64,000 bases of DNA from Blastocatellia bacterium (GTDB taxonomy: Bacteria; Acidobacteriota; Blastocatellia; UBA7656). The stretch is from positions 198 to 64,197 of the forward strand of contig JBIOWC010000196.1 of assembly GCA_044868105.1 (NCBI GenBank). The letters run 5' to 3'. Positions 9,185 to 18,512 of the stretch are shown in pieces (position 1 is the first letter of the stretch; every line of letters starts with the position of its first letter). Under the pieces are notes generated by a model. The model ran no database searches, had not been told where the DNA came from, and saw nothing but the letters and a program-made list of their open reading frames with translations. A program made the position numbers and the translations under genes.

Positions 9185-9823
9185 ATGACCAGAGCAAATC
9201 GCATCATCGCTTTTTCTTTAGTTGCTGCCATTTTATTAACTGGCTTTGCAATCGGACGTTTCACGCAATCGGCCAGCACCAGCGCGGCCGATGAAACAAC
9301 CCCGGTCACGAGTACCGTACAACCCACGAATGAAACGACAACCTCTGAGGCGTCAACCCCTGCGGCGACAACCAAGGAACGCGATTTTTATTTAAGCGAT
9401 TTCAAGGTCGGATACACGGATGGCTATAACGCGGGCGTGTCAGGTCAAAACGCGGCGGTGCCGGAAACCTCGCGTCCGGGTTACAACGACGGCTACAAAG
9501 AAGGCTACACCGATTCCCTACAAGCGCAGGCTAAAACCGAAACGCCAGGGGTTACGGTTGCGTCGCAAGCCGGCACCCGAGAACGAGTGGTCTATCGCAC
9601 GGTTGACCGCCCGGTCTATCGCACCGTGTCGCGTCCGGTCTATGTCACGCCGCGTAAGCGAGGTTCCAAATTAAAAACCGCGCTGACGATTGCGGCGCCA
9701 GCGGCAATTGGCGCAGGTATCGGGGCTATATTTGGTGGTAAAAAAGGCGCCGGTATTGGGGCGCTGCTCGGCGGCGGCGGCGGCGCGATTTACCATTTAA
9801 GGAAGAATCGTTATCGCGATTAA
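9185..9823 (+). CDS. Secreted or membrane-anchored repetitive protein (Thr-rich linker, triple R-x-VYRTV-x-RPVY repeat, Gly-rich C-terminus)
   Basis: The ATG at 9185 is preceded by GGAGG. A signal/anchor helix follows (IIAFSLVAAILLTGFAIG). The linker is T/S-rich. The repeats are RVVYRTVDRPVYRTVSRPVYV. The tail is GAGIGAIFGGKKGAGIGALLGGGGG. An intrinsic terminator follows at 9857-9882. Confidence 0.55.
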   Translation: MTRANRIIAFSLVAAILLTGFAIGRFTQSASTSAADETTPVTSTVQPTNETTTSEASTPAATTKERDFYLSDFKVGYTDGYNAGVSGQNAAVPETSRPGYNDGYKEGYTDSLQAQAKTETPGVTVASQAGTRERVVYRTVDRPVYRTVSRPVYVTPRKRGSKLKTALTIAAPAAIGAGIGAIFGGKKGAGIGALLGGGGGAIYHLRKNRYRD

Positions 9824-9856
9824 TCGCTTGTGTGAATAAGTTCGGTTGAGATGAAA

Positions 9857-9882
9857 AGCTCGGGTGCATCCGAGCTTTTTTT
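9857..9882 (+). terminator. Rho-independent terminator
   Basis: AGCTCGG-GTGCAT-CCGAGCT hairpin followed by TTTTTTT, 34 bp after the stop of the 9185-9823 gene. Confidence 0.7.
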
Positions 9883-10007
9883 ATCTCCGCACCTCACTTA
9901 CAAAGAATAATTGCTCATCAGCTTTTAATCTTTTGCCTTACCCTCAAGCTTGTGTGTTATGATGCAAACAAACAAAGTTAAAGCTGCCAGTAGAGGTGGG
10001 GAAGCTT

Positions 10008-11294
10008 ATGTCACACGGCAGAAAGTTCAGACAGAGTAGGCGGATTCCTGAAACCGAGCGTTTCTTGTTCGAGCAAAAGTTGACCGGTCGTTATTCACGC
10101 ACTCTTGACCGCACGGATGTCATCAACTTGATCAGAGGCGGTGAAGACACGCATCTGGAATTTAAGATTCGCCTGGTCAATACCGAAAAAATTACTGCTG
10201 AGATTGTCGCCATGGCAAATTCCGGCGGCGGCGCCATGATGTTCGGCGTCAACGACCAGCGCCGCATCGAAGGCCTGGACGACCCCGAATACGTCGAAGA
10301 CCAACTCATCGAAATATGCCGCAATCAAATTAAACCCGCGCTTTTGCCGCGCATTGATAAAGTCTTTTTCGATAACGGCGACCGCATTGTTGTCTTGCAG
10401 GTTGATGACCGTCGCGCTCCGCACGCAACCCCCGACAATCGCTATTTTGTTCGGGTTGGCTCCACCAAACGCGAAGCCGCTGCCGATGAAATCGCTGCCC
10501 TGTTTGCCAAATCGCGTATCCTTGGATACGAAGATTCGCCGCAGGTTCAAGTTGCGGTTGAAGAGATTGATGAAGCATTGGTGTGGAGTTACTTGCGCGA
10601 CCTGGAGGGTGAACTGTTCCGCGAACCTGCGGGTTTTCCGACCGCCCAAGCCCTGCATGATTTATATCTGGCAAAAGAGTACGCTGGCGGCATTAGACCA
10701 ACCCTGGCGGGCGTGTTGCTCTTTGGTCGCAGTGCCGCTGTACAAAAGGCGGCTCCGCAAAGCGCCATCTATTTAACGCGCTATTCGGGTACCACGCTCG
10801 ATTCGCCGGTGGTTGAAAAGAGTGAAGCCTCGGGCAATTTGAGCGTCATGTTTGACCGCGCCCTGGCCTTCATCAAGCGCTATATTGATGTTTGGGATGC
10901 AAAACCACCGAAGTCCCAGAACGGGCAACCAGAGCCGATTTCAGCCCGCGCTAACTATTCGCGCGAAGTAATCATTGAAGCATTGACCAATCTTTTGGTG
11001 CATCGGGATTATTCGATGATGAATTCGCCTTCGCGTATTCTGGTATTCGATGACCGCATCGAACTCATCAATGCCCGGCGAACCAATGGACTGACCCGTA
11101 AATCCGTCGAATATGGTGTGACGGCGCAACCTAATCCGCGCCTTCATCATATCTTCACAGAAGCTGAATACGGGTGCGTATCCTCGCTTCGCGGGATTCC
11201 GGCTTTACGCCGCGCACACTTCGCATTTGCCAAACGCGAGCCGCGCATTTCGCTTCTCAATGACGAATTTCGTTTGGAACTCAACGGAGTTTGA
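10008..11294 (+). CDS. Putative ATP-dependent DNA-binding regulator with AlbA_2 (Schlafen-like 'divergent AAA') and HATPase_c_4 domains (RecG-like C-terminal family)
   Basis: EDTHLEFK motif and the AEIVAMANSGGG hallmark of AlbA_2. The C-terminal IIEALTNLLVHRDYS motif is typical of HATPase_c_4. A SD (GAGGTGGGG) precedes the ATG at 10008. Confidence 0.7.
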   Translation: MSHGRKFRQSRRIPETERFLFEQKLTGRYSRTLDRTDVINLIRGGEDTHLEFKIRLVNTEKITAEIVAMANSGGGAMMFGVNDQRRIEGLDDPEYVEDQLIEICRNQIKPALLPRIDKVFFDNGDRIVVLQVDDRRAPHATPDNRYFVRVGSTKREAAADEIAALFAKSRILGYEDSPQVQVAVEEIDEALVWSYLRDLEGELFREPAGFPTAQALHDLYLAKEYAGGIRPTLAGVLLFGRSAAVQKAAPQSAIYLTRYSGTTLDSPVVEKSEASGNLSVMFDRALAFIKRYIDVWDAKPPKSQNGQPEPISARANYSREVIIEALTNLLVHRDYSMMNSPSRILVFDDRIELINARRTNGLTRKSVEYGVTAQPNPRLHHIFTEAEYGCVSSLRGIPALRRAHFAFAKREPRISLLNDEFRLELNGV

Positions 11295-11297
11295 ACC

Positions 11298-11603
11298 ATG
11301 CGATGGCGAGGTTTTATATGCCTGGCATTTTTATTTGTCGCTTGCCATCAACCGGCGCAAATGCAATCTGTACACCAACCACCGACAACGAATCGAGAAG
11401 CCGCGCAACCCTGTGTGAATTTGAATGTGGCAAGTCTTGAAGAATTAAAAGCGTTGCCGGAAATTGGTGACGCGCTCGCCGCCCGCATCATTGATTACCG
11501 CGAACGTCACGGCAATTTTCGCCGCCCGCAAGAGGTCATCATTATCGAAGGCTTTACTGAAAAGAAATACCGTACGATTGCTGACCGCCTTTGCGTTGAA
11601 TGA
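11298..11603 (+). CDS. comEA: ComEA-family helix-hairpin-helix DNA-binding (competence) protein
   Basis: Signal peptide, then NLNVASLEELKALPEIGDALAARIIDYRERHGNFRRPQEV, the canonical ComEA HhH module. 101 aa. Confidence 0.8.
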   Translation: MRWRGFICLAFLFVACHQPAQMQSVHQPPTTNREAAQPCVNLNVASLEELKALPEIGDALAARIIDYRERHGNFRRPQEVIIIEGFTEKKYRTIADRLCVE

Positions 11604-11619
11604 ATAACCGGTTCAATCC

Positions 11620-11850
11620 TTAATTCATCGAACAGGAGCCGGCGCCACGCGGATCGCCGCAACTGCCGCAAGGCGCCACTGACATTTCGCGTTGAACGGA
11701 ACCCGCGCCTTTACTGACCGCAGCAAAAACCGAGAGTTGTTTTTCAAGTTTTGCGCTCTTGCATTGCGGGCATTCAACCTTTGTTGACTCGCGAACCAGG
11801 AGTTCAAAATGATTTTTACAGCTTTGACAAACGTACTCGAAAATCGGCAT
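11620..11850 (-). CDS. FmdB-family zinc-ribbon regulatory protein
   Basis: MPIFEYVCQSCKNHFE...CPQCKS at the N-terminus (CxxC-X-CxxC) and a C-terminal Cys cluster (CGSCGDP..GSCS). 76 aa. Confidence 0.75.
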   Translation of the reverse strand: MPIFEYVCQSCKNHFELLVRESTKVECPQCKSAKLEKQLSVFAAVSKGAGSVQREMSVAPCGSCGDPRGAGSCSMN

Positions 11851-12191
11851 TCGATTTCACTCCTAAAAAGATTTTGTTGAGGGGAAACATAATCTACGCC
11901 GAGTGCACCAGGCAAGGTATTTCGCTACTCCATCGGTAAGCCCATTCTTCAATCAGCGTCGCACAGGTTTCGGTAAGCAGAGGAAACCCTGTATCAAAGA
12001 AAAAGTTTAACTTCCGAGTCGGCGGAAAGAGCAGATAGGGCAGCAAAAAAATCCGGTTAATTCATCTTCTCCGCCTCATTCGAGGTTAATTCCTTTGTTG
12101 GCAGCTTGCTTTCTTGACGAGACTGTAAAGACCGCCATCCCAATCACTGCTCACTCGCAATTCATTAATCGGTGCGCTAAAGTAACTGCAC

Positions 12192-13307
12192 GTGATGAGC
12201 AACACCAACCCACCCAATCCGATCTTAGTTGAAATCCGGCGCGGGGCAATTGTTGAAGCCGTGCATCGCGGCGCCATTGTCGCGCTTGAACCTGACGGCA
12301 ACCTCATTGCGGCGCTTGGCAACATTGATTTAATGACTTCAACGCGCTCGGCAATTAAACCGATTCAGGCAATCCCTTTTATCACCAGCGGCGCGGCTGA
12401 CCGCTTCAACGTCACCGGACGTGAACTCGCTGTGGTTTGCGCTTCGCATGACGGCGAACCTTTTCACACCGAAACCGTCGCGTCCTTACTTGATAAAATC
12501 GGGCTGAATGAAAGCGATTTGCGATGTGGCGCGCATCCGCCCTATCACGAAGCAACCGCCAGGCAACTTGAGCGCGACGGCATAAAGTTCACCCAGCTTC
12601 ACAACAACTGTTCAGGCAAACACGCGGGAATGCTGGCAACCTGCGTACATCGCGGGTTATCTACGGATGATTACACGGCAAAAGAGCATTCCGTTCAGCA
12701 GGAAATCATTGCTATCTTCAAGCGCCTTGCGGGGCTGGATGAACCTATCGCCATCGCAGTTGACGGTTGCAGTGCGCCGACCTTCGGGGTGCCGCTTCGT
12801 TCACTCGCGCTCGCATTTGCGCGGCTCGTTGAAGCTTCGGCCAACCACAACCGCGTAGATGAAAGCGGCTCCGGTAGCCAGTTTCAAGTTGAGCACCTAT
12901 CGCCACAACTCGCCGAAACGGCGCGCCGTGTGATGTACGCCATTGCCGCCAGACGAATTGTGGCAGCGATAACCGCGCATCCTGAAATGGTCGCTGGCAG
13001 CACCCGGCTCGACACCGATTTAATGCGTGTGGCGCGCGGTTCATTGATTTGCAAAGTCGGCGCCGAGGCGGTCTATTGCCTAGGCGTTTTGCCCTGCGCA
13101 ACCTATCCGCGCGGCCTGGGCATTGCCATCAAGATGGATGACGGCGCCTATAGAGGGATGAATCCCACGATTATCGAAACCCTTGCGCAACTCGAGGTTT
13201 TCGACAAAGCGCAGCAAGCGGAATTAACTGGCTATCATCAACCAACGGTGACGAATCACCGCGGCTTGAGAGTCGGCGAGATTCGCGCGGTATTTGAATT
13301 GAGATAG
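12192..13307 (+). CDS. L-asparaginase II family protein (Asparaginase_II, PF06089-type)
   Basis: The NNCSGKHAGML motif and overall similarity to the Rhizobium-type asparaginase II fold. 371 aa. Confidence 0.7.
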   Translation: MMSNTNPPNPILVEIRRGAIVEAVHRGAIVALEPDGNLIAALGNIDLMTSTRSAIKPIQAIPFITSGAADRFNVTGRELAVVCASHDGEPFHTETVASLLDKIGLNESDLRCGAHPPYHEATARQLERDGIKFTQLHNNCSGKHAGMLATCVHRGLSTDDYTAKEHSVQQEIIAIFKRLAGLDEPIAIAVDGCSAPTFGVPLRSLALAFARLVEASANHNRVDESGSGSQFQVEHLSPQLAETARRVMYAIAARRIVAAITAHPEMVAGSTRLDTDLMRVARGSLICKVGAEAVYCLGVLPCATYPRGLGIAIKMDDGAYRGMNPTIIETLAQLEVFDKAQQAELTGYHQPTVTNHRGLRVGEIRAVFELR

Positions 13308-13447
13308 GGGATAGGATTTAGGACGTAGGGTTTGGAGTTAGGCATTGTATGTTGCCTTGCAACAGGCTCCAGAAGCCAATTACAAGGTAATAGTTTCGCA
13401 CTCTACATCCGGAATCCTACCTCCTAAATCCTAAATCCTAATTTCTG
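13308..13447. repeat. Palindromic intergenic element, copy A: inverted heptamer-repeat arms flanking a conserved core
   Basis: Left arm GATAGGA-TTTAGGA-CGTAGGG-TTTGGAG-TTAGG. Right arm CCTACCT-CCTAAAT-CCTAAAT-CCTAAT (reverse-complementary heptads). The core contains AACAGGCTCCAGAAGCCAATTAC...TAG...CTCTACATCC, which is shared with copy B. Confidence 0.7.
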
Positions 13448-13453
13448 ACGATT

Positions 13454-14578
13454 ATGAATCAAGAAATTCGTTCCCTCTTTCCGGTTACGGAAAAATTTAT
13501 CTACTTCAATCACGCGGCGGTTTGCCCGCTGTCCACTCGTGCGCGCGATGCGATGACCTGGTTGGTTGATGATGTCACCATCAATGGCTCGTTCCATTTT
13601 TTCGATTGGTGCGACAGGTATGAAGCGGTCAGGGCGCAAGCGGCGCGACTGGTAAACGCTAACCCGAGCGAGATGGCCTTCATGAAAAACACTTCCGACG
13701 GGCTTTCGACTGTAGCCAACGGCCTCCCTTGGCGCGCCGGCGATAATGTCATCACCACGAATGTTGATTTTCCGTCAAATGTCTATCCCTGGATGCGCTT
13801 GCAACAAGAACAAGGCATTGAGATGAGAATGGTCGCTGAACGCGACGGACGTATTGATGCCGATGACGTCATTTCAATGATTGATGAACGTACGCGCATC
13901 GTGAGCCTCAGTTGGGTGCAATTTTCGAGCGGTTTTCGCGCTGACCTTGCGACCATCGGTAAAGCTTGTCGCGCGCGCGACGCGATTTTTATGATTGATG
14001 CGATTCAAGGACTCGGCGCGCTTAAACTGGATGTTGCGCGCGATTATGTAGATGCGTTTGCTGCCGACGCGCACAAGTATTTGCTGGGTCCCGAAGGGGT
14101 GGCATTGTTCTACGTTTCCGAACGCATCCTTGAGCGCATCAAACCTACGGTTGTCGGTTGGATGTCGGTCAATGATTTCACCAATCATCTGGATTACCGA
14201 TTGAGTTACCGCCCCGGAGCGCTCAGATACGAATGTGGCACGGTCAATACCGTAGGCATTTACGGATTGGGCGCCGCAATTGACCTGTTTTTAGAGGTCG
14301 GCTTAGAAAAGATTGAAGAACATATTTTGGATTTAAGCGATTATCTTGCCGGACGATTAGAAGAGAAAGGCTATCGCGTTTATGGTTCGCGCAAGCACTC
14401 CGAGATTTCGGCAATCGTGACCTGCACGCATGAACGTTACACCCCAAAAGCGCTTTATCAACGGCTTCATGAAAAGAACATCATTACGGCGCCGCGGGTC
14501 GGACGGCTGAGAATTTCGCCACACTTTTATAACACCCGCGAAGAGATTGACGCCTTGATTGAGGCGTTGCCAGAGTAA
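13454..14578 (+). CDS. Class V aminotransferase (PLP-dependent; cysteine desulfurase / isopenicillin-N epimerase-like)
   Basis: PLP-lysine context ADAHKYLLGPEGVALFY. Fold-type I aminotransferase spacing. 374 aa. Confidence 0.8.
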   Translation: MNQEIRSLFPVTEKFIYFNHAAVCPLSTRARDAMTWLVDDVTINGSFHFFDWCDRYEAVRAQAARLVNANPSEMAFMKNTSDGLSTVANGLPWRAGDNVITTNVDFPSNVYPWMRLQQEQGIEMRMVAERDGRIDADDVISMIDERTRIVSLSWVQFSSGFRADLATIGKACRARDAIFMIDAIQGLGALKLDVARDYVDAFAADAHKYLLGPEGVALFYVSERILERIKPTVVGWMSVNDFTNHLDYRLSYRPGALRYECGTVNTVGIYGLGAAIDLFLEVGLEKIEEHILDLSDYLAGRLEEKGYRVYGSRKHSEISAIVTCTHERYTPKALYQRLHEKNIITAPRVGRLRISPHFYNTREEIDALIEALPE

Positions 14579-14598
14579 GTTTACAAAATCCGAAATTA

Positions 14599-15537
14599 TT
14601 GGAATTTCCCCTCTGGTTCACAACGGCATTGCCGGAAATTAAACAATCAAGTTTCCCGGCCTCCGCGCTCACCTTCTATAATGCTGGGGTGAGCCATAAA
14701 CACAAGCCTGAGCATTTAGTGCAGTTCAACGTCATCAACCCGAAATCCGTGCTCAATCCTTCGAGTATGGGTGGCTTTACGCTGAACCCATACGTCAGTT
14801 GCACAGTTGGCTGTTCCTACTGTTATGTACCGCATATGCGCCACAAACAATTGGAGACCAGAAAATGGGGGGCCTATGTTGACATTAAAGAGGGCGCTGT
14901 GGAATTGCTCGACCGTCAACTTGCGCGGTTGCGAAAGCCGACGACGATCTTTATGTCAACGGCGACCGATCCGTATCAGCCGGTTGAAGCGCGCTACGAG
15001 ATTACGCGGCGCATGCTGGAAGTCTTCCGACGCCATCCGCAACATGCTTTGTATATTCTTACTAAACAAGCGCTGGTTGAGCGCGACGTTGATCTGCTCA
15101 GACAACTGCCGCGCGTCGCCGTCGGCATGAGTATAGCGGTTATGGATGATCGCCTGGCACAACTGATTGAGCCGTGGGCTCCGATTACCAGTGACCGCCT
15201 TGCGCTCATCAAACGTTTATCCGGGCAGGGCATTCCAACTTATCTGCTCTGGGCACCTGCGATTGTACCCGTCGCCCTGAGCGAGACGTTTATTCGCTCG
15301 GCGGTTGAAGCAATTGTTGCAAGTGGCGCCGGCGCTTTGTCCATCGACACCATGAATTATCGTTCCAGCCAATCAGCGGGGCTGTTTCGCAGGTTGAGAC
15401 GTGAGGGACATGTGGCCGCCAACAAAGCCCAGACCCTCAGGATTCGCGCTGAGGCTGATCGCCGGGAGTTGGGTCGCCGGCTTGCGCTGGTTGAACCTGC
15501 GACAATCGAGGAAATGGCTCCCTTGTTGCCTTTCTAA
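14599..15537 (+). CDS. Radical SAM protein, SPL/DNA-photolyase-like (SplB COG1533 type); the true start is probably internal
   Basis: The LNPYVSCTVGCSYCYVP motif gives the CX3CX2C radical-SAM cluster in the SplB-like context (NPY.GC...C.YCY). An alternative start lies at about 14767. Confidence 0.6.
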   Translation: MEFPLWFTTALPEIKQSSFPASALTFYNAGVSHKHKPEHLVQFNVINPKSVLNPSSMGGFTLNPYVSCTVGCSYCYVPHMRHKQLETRKWGAYVDIKEGAVELLDRQLARLRKPTTIFMSTATDPYQPVEARYEITRRMLEVFRRHPQHALYILTKQALVERDVDLLRQLPRVAVGMSIAVMDDRLAQLIEPWAPITSDRLALIKRLSGQGIPTYLLWAPAIVPVALSETFIRSAVEAIVASGAGALSIDTMNYRSSQSAGLFRRLRREGHVAANKAQTLRIRAEADRRELGRRLALVEPATIEEMAPLLPF

Positions 15538-15644
15538 AGGCTCAGGTTCATCAGGTGAGCTGATTATTTGAAATTTAATAGTATTCTAATTTTGTGTTGC
15601 CGAATCGATTTGCTGTTCTATAAAGTTTTAGGACAAATCAAGGT

Positions 15645-15989
15645 ATGGGAGAAAATTCGACAAATCTTGCTGCCGAGCTTACCGTCTTCCACCAAGACGA
15701 AGGCGACTACACGAGCCGCACCATATACATCTCCGTCGATGGCAAGAAAATCGCCAGCGTAAAATCGGGAGCTTCCGTCACCGTGGAGATCACGCCGGGT
15801 AAGCACATTCTTCAAGCGGACAATACTTTCACGAAGAAGCGAGAACCCTTTGAAGCGCATCCCGGTGAAAAACTGCGTTATGTGACCCGCAATCGTATCG
15901 GCTTCGGCTCATCGCTAATCAGCATTCTCGGCGCGGGACCGGTCTACCTCATTTTGCAGAGAGAAGCCGAAGCGGCAAGCTCAAATTAG
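15645..15989 (+). CDS. Hypothetical protein
   Basis: 114-aa ORF in an AT-rich patch. It has a C-terminal hydrophobic segment (GFGSSLISILGAGPVYLIL) and no recognisable motif. Confidence 0.3.
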   Translation: MGENSTNLAAELTVFHQDEGDYTSRTIYISVDGKKIASVKSGASVTVEITPGKHILQADNTFTKKREPFEAHPGEKLRYVTRNRIGFGSSLISILGAGPVYLILQREAEAASSN

Positions 15990-16043
15990 CACCACACAGG
16001 ATTAGGACACTAACCTAATGCTACTTGCCCGGCTCAAGGCACT

Positions 16044-16874
16044 TTGATAGAACAGGATTATTTTGAGCTTATTTTTATTATGTTTGTTTTAGGTAAGGGA
16101 AAATCCACAGGTAAAATCGTCAATAGTCTGAGTGATGATGGAGTCATCATAAGCACGACACATTATTCGGTTGAAGAGTGTAACCAGGGACTGCATTACC
16201 ATGAAAATCCGCACCTCTGTTTCCTATTTCAAGGCGAAGATATAGAGAGCCGCAATAATCTTTCCTATCGGCGAAAAACCGGAGACATTTACTTTTATTA
16301 TGCCGGAGAGACGCACGCTTCGATTTCCCGTACAGGTATTTCAAAAAATACCAATATTGAATTTGGAGAAACTTTTCTAAAGAAATATGAGGTTTCAGAA
16401 TCCCAGATTGCCAGGGCGATAAAAGACAATTTAGATGCCAGGTTCCTCATCTTAAAAATGCAGCAGGAAATGTTAATTGGCGACCGTTGCAGCCGCCTCA
16501 CGATTCAGATGCTTTTACTCAATTTAATTCACGATGCAAATCCCACCTCTAACCAATCGCCTCCGAAATGGGTACAACGATTAGCTGAGTTGCTCGATGA
16601 GAAATGGAACCAACAAGTCACCTTACATGAACTTTCAATGGCGACCGAAGTGCACCCGGTAACCATTTCAAAATACTTCAGAAAGTACTTTTCCTGTACC
16701 TTAGGAGAATACCTGCGAAAACTAAAGATTGATAAAAGTATTTCATTAATTAAAAACACACGTATGTCACTTACCGAAATTGCTCTTTATTGCGGCTTTG
16801 CCGACCAAAGCCATTTCACCAGAAATTTCAAGCACCTGACCGGCTTTTCGCCCAAAGAATTCCGCAATATCTAA
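16044..16874 (+). CDS. AraC/XylS-family transcriptional regulator
   Basis: C-terminal double HTH (LTEIALYCGFADQSHFTRNFKHLTGFSPKEFR) and an N-terminal cupin-like sensing domain. The gene is conspicuously AT-rich (about 40% GC) against a roughly 58% background. Confidence 0.85.
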   Translation: MIEQDYFELIFIMFVLGKGKSTGKIVNSLSDDGVIISTTHYSVEECNQGLHYHENPHLCFLFQGEDIESRNNLSYRRKTGDIYFYYAGETHASISRTGISKNTNIEFGETFLKKYEVSESQIARAIKDNLDARFLILKMQQEMLIGDRCSRLTIQMLLLNLIHDANPTSNQSPPKWVQRLAELLDEKWNQQVTLHELSMATEVHPVTISKYFRKYFSCTLGEYLRKLKIDKSISLIKNTRMSLTEIALYCGFADQSHFTRNFKHLTGFSPKEFRNI

Positions 16875-17025
16875 ATTCCGCAGCTCGCTAATCTCATTCT
16901 ATTTTTTCCCAGTTCCTGCCCTATACTTGCTCTCAAAGCCTGGCCTGATAATGGGCTGCTGCCGTTCTGCAGCGCAGGTTACCATTGCAGAACTGGCTCA
17001 TAAAATATTTTGGGAAGCAAGTTGT

Positions 17026-18489
17026 ATGCATATCAATCTTATTCGGTCATATCGTTTTTTCACGCTAATGGCGTTGTGCTTGCTCAGCGTGCAGGGTAGC
17101 GCGGCACAGGCTCCAACCGCCAAACAAGTTGCCGCAAAAGTTGACGAGTATATGAATGCCGCCGTCAAATTCGACCAGTTCAGTGGTGCGGTTCTCATCG
17201 CAAGGGACGGCGCGCCCATCGTAAGCCGTAGCTATGGGATGGCAAACTACGAATTGAAGGTGCCGAACACGCCGAAGACGGTTTTCGAAACCGGTTCGGT
17301 TACCAAGCAATTTACCGCGATGGCGATTATGCAATTGCAGGAACGCGGGAAATTGAATGTCAATGATTCGATTTGCAAATATCTGGAAGACTGTCCGGCG
17401 GCGTGGCAATCCGTGACGATTCGTCATCTTTTGACGCACACTTCCGGCATTATGAACTATTCAAGTCTTCCCGATTGGGACGATAAAATTTCCCTGCTGC
17501 CTTACACTCGTGCAGGATTCGTGAAAGTGTTCCGCGATATACCGCTCGAATTTGTGCCGGGCGAGAAATTCAAATACAGCAATTCCGGATATTATCTGCT
17601 CGGCTTGATTATTGAACGCGCATCGGGCAAGTCATATCGGGAATTTTTGAGCGAGAACATTTTCGTGCCCTTAGGGATGAAAAGCTCGAGCTACAACGAC
17701 CCGCCTGCGCTCATCCCGAATCGCGCCACTGGTTACTATTGGGAATTAAATTCATTTATCAGCGCACCAAATGAAAATTTGGCGCTTGGCTTTGCAGCAA
17801 GTGGCATCTATACGACGATTGAAGATCTACTGCTATGGGACAAGGCGCTTTATACCGAAAAACTCGTCTCTCGTAAATCGCTGGATGAAATCTTTACCCC
17901 ATTCCTTGAGGAATACGGTTATGGCTGGCTAATCGGCAAAAAGTTTGACCGGCAGATGATAAGTCATAGCGGCAGACACAATGGTTTTAAAGCCTACATC
18001 GCCCGCTTTCCCGCCGCGCGGGTGACGGTCATCGTTTTGAGCAATAGCGACAGAACGTCTGCGACCAAGGCGGCAACTAATCTCGCCGCAATTGCCTTCG
18101 GCGCGCCCTACAAGCTGCCCATACTGCAGGGTTCGGATATGCTATCAGCAGCCATCGCGGAAAAAGGTATCGAGGCTGCTATGCGGCAATACCGTGAATT
18201 AAAACGCTCCCAACCAGAAAAGTATAATTTTAATGAACCGGAGCGGGCACTAAATGATTTAGGCTATGCTTTGCTCGGACGCCGAAAGGTGAAAGAGGCA
18301 ATCGAAGTTTTCAAATTGAATGTCGAGATGTTTCGGCAATCGGCCAACGCCTATGACAGTTTAGGCGAAGCTTATATGTTGAGTGGGAACAAAGAGCTGG
18401 CCATCGAGAATTATAAAAAATCGCTGGAACTTGACCCGCAAAATATCAATGCCGGCGATATGCTAAAGAAGTTACGAGAAAGCAAATAA
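17026..18489 (+). CDS. Secreted beta-lactamase-family serine hydrolase with C-terminal TPR repeats
   Basis: Signal peptide (MHINLIRSYRFFTLMALCLLSVQGSAAQA). The S-x-x-K active site is GSVTKQF, with a YSN-like motif (KYSNSGYYLL). The C-terminus has TPR-like repeats (ALNDLGYALLGRRKVKEAIEVFKLNVEMFRQSANAYDSLGEAYM...). Confidence 0.8.
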   Translation: MHINLIRSYRFFTLMALCLLSVQGSAAQAPTAKQVAAKVDEYMNAAVKFDQFSGAVLIARDGAPIVSRSYGMANYELKVPNTPKTVFETGSVTKQFTAMAIMQLQERGKLNVNDSICKYLEDCPAAWQSVTIRHLLTHTSGIMNYSSLPDWDDKISLLPYTRAGFVKVFRDIPLEFVPGEKFKYSNSGYYLLGLIIERASGKSYREFLSENIFVPLGMKSSSYNDPPALIPNRATGYYWELNSFISAPNENLALGFAASGIYTTIEDLLLWDKALYTEKLVSRKSLDEIFTPFLEEYGYGWLIGKKFDRQMISHSGRHNGFKAYIARFPAARVTVIVLSNSDRTSATKAATNLAAIAFGAPYKLPILQGSDMLSAAIAEKGIEAAMRQYRELKRSQPEKYNFNEPERALNDLGYALLGRRKVKEAIEVFKLNVEMFRQSANAYDSLGEAYMLSGNKELAIENYKKSLELDPQNINAGDMLKKLRESK

Positions 18490-18512
18490 CCTCAGCTCAA
18501 CATAAGAAAAGA

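Noticed and set aside
10095-10658. 187-aa and 114-aa ORFs on the minus strand inside the AlbA_2/HATPase_c_4 gene
   Set aside because: They lie fully antisense to a well-supported CDS, have no motifs, and show the Arg/Gly/Ala-rich composition typical of GC-rich antisense frames.
11625-11915. 96-aa ORF overlapping the FmdB zinc-ribbon gene in another frame
   Set aside because: The overlapping 76-aa frame carries the conserved CxxC...CxxC FmdB signature, and the alternative frame has no features.
13308-13352. TTTAGGA/TTAGG heptamer arrays as telomere repeats
   Set aside because: They are internal, short (5-8 units), and occur as inverted pairs flanking a core within intergenic spacers. That is inconsistent with linear-replicon telomeres; the similarity to TTAGG(G) is compositional only.
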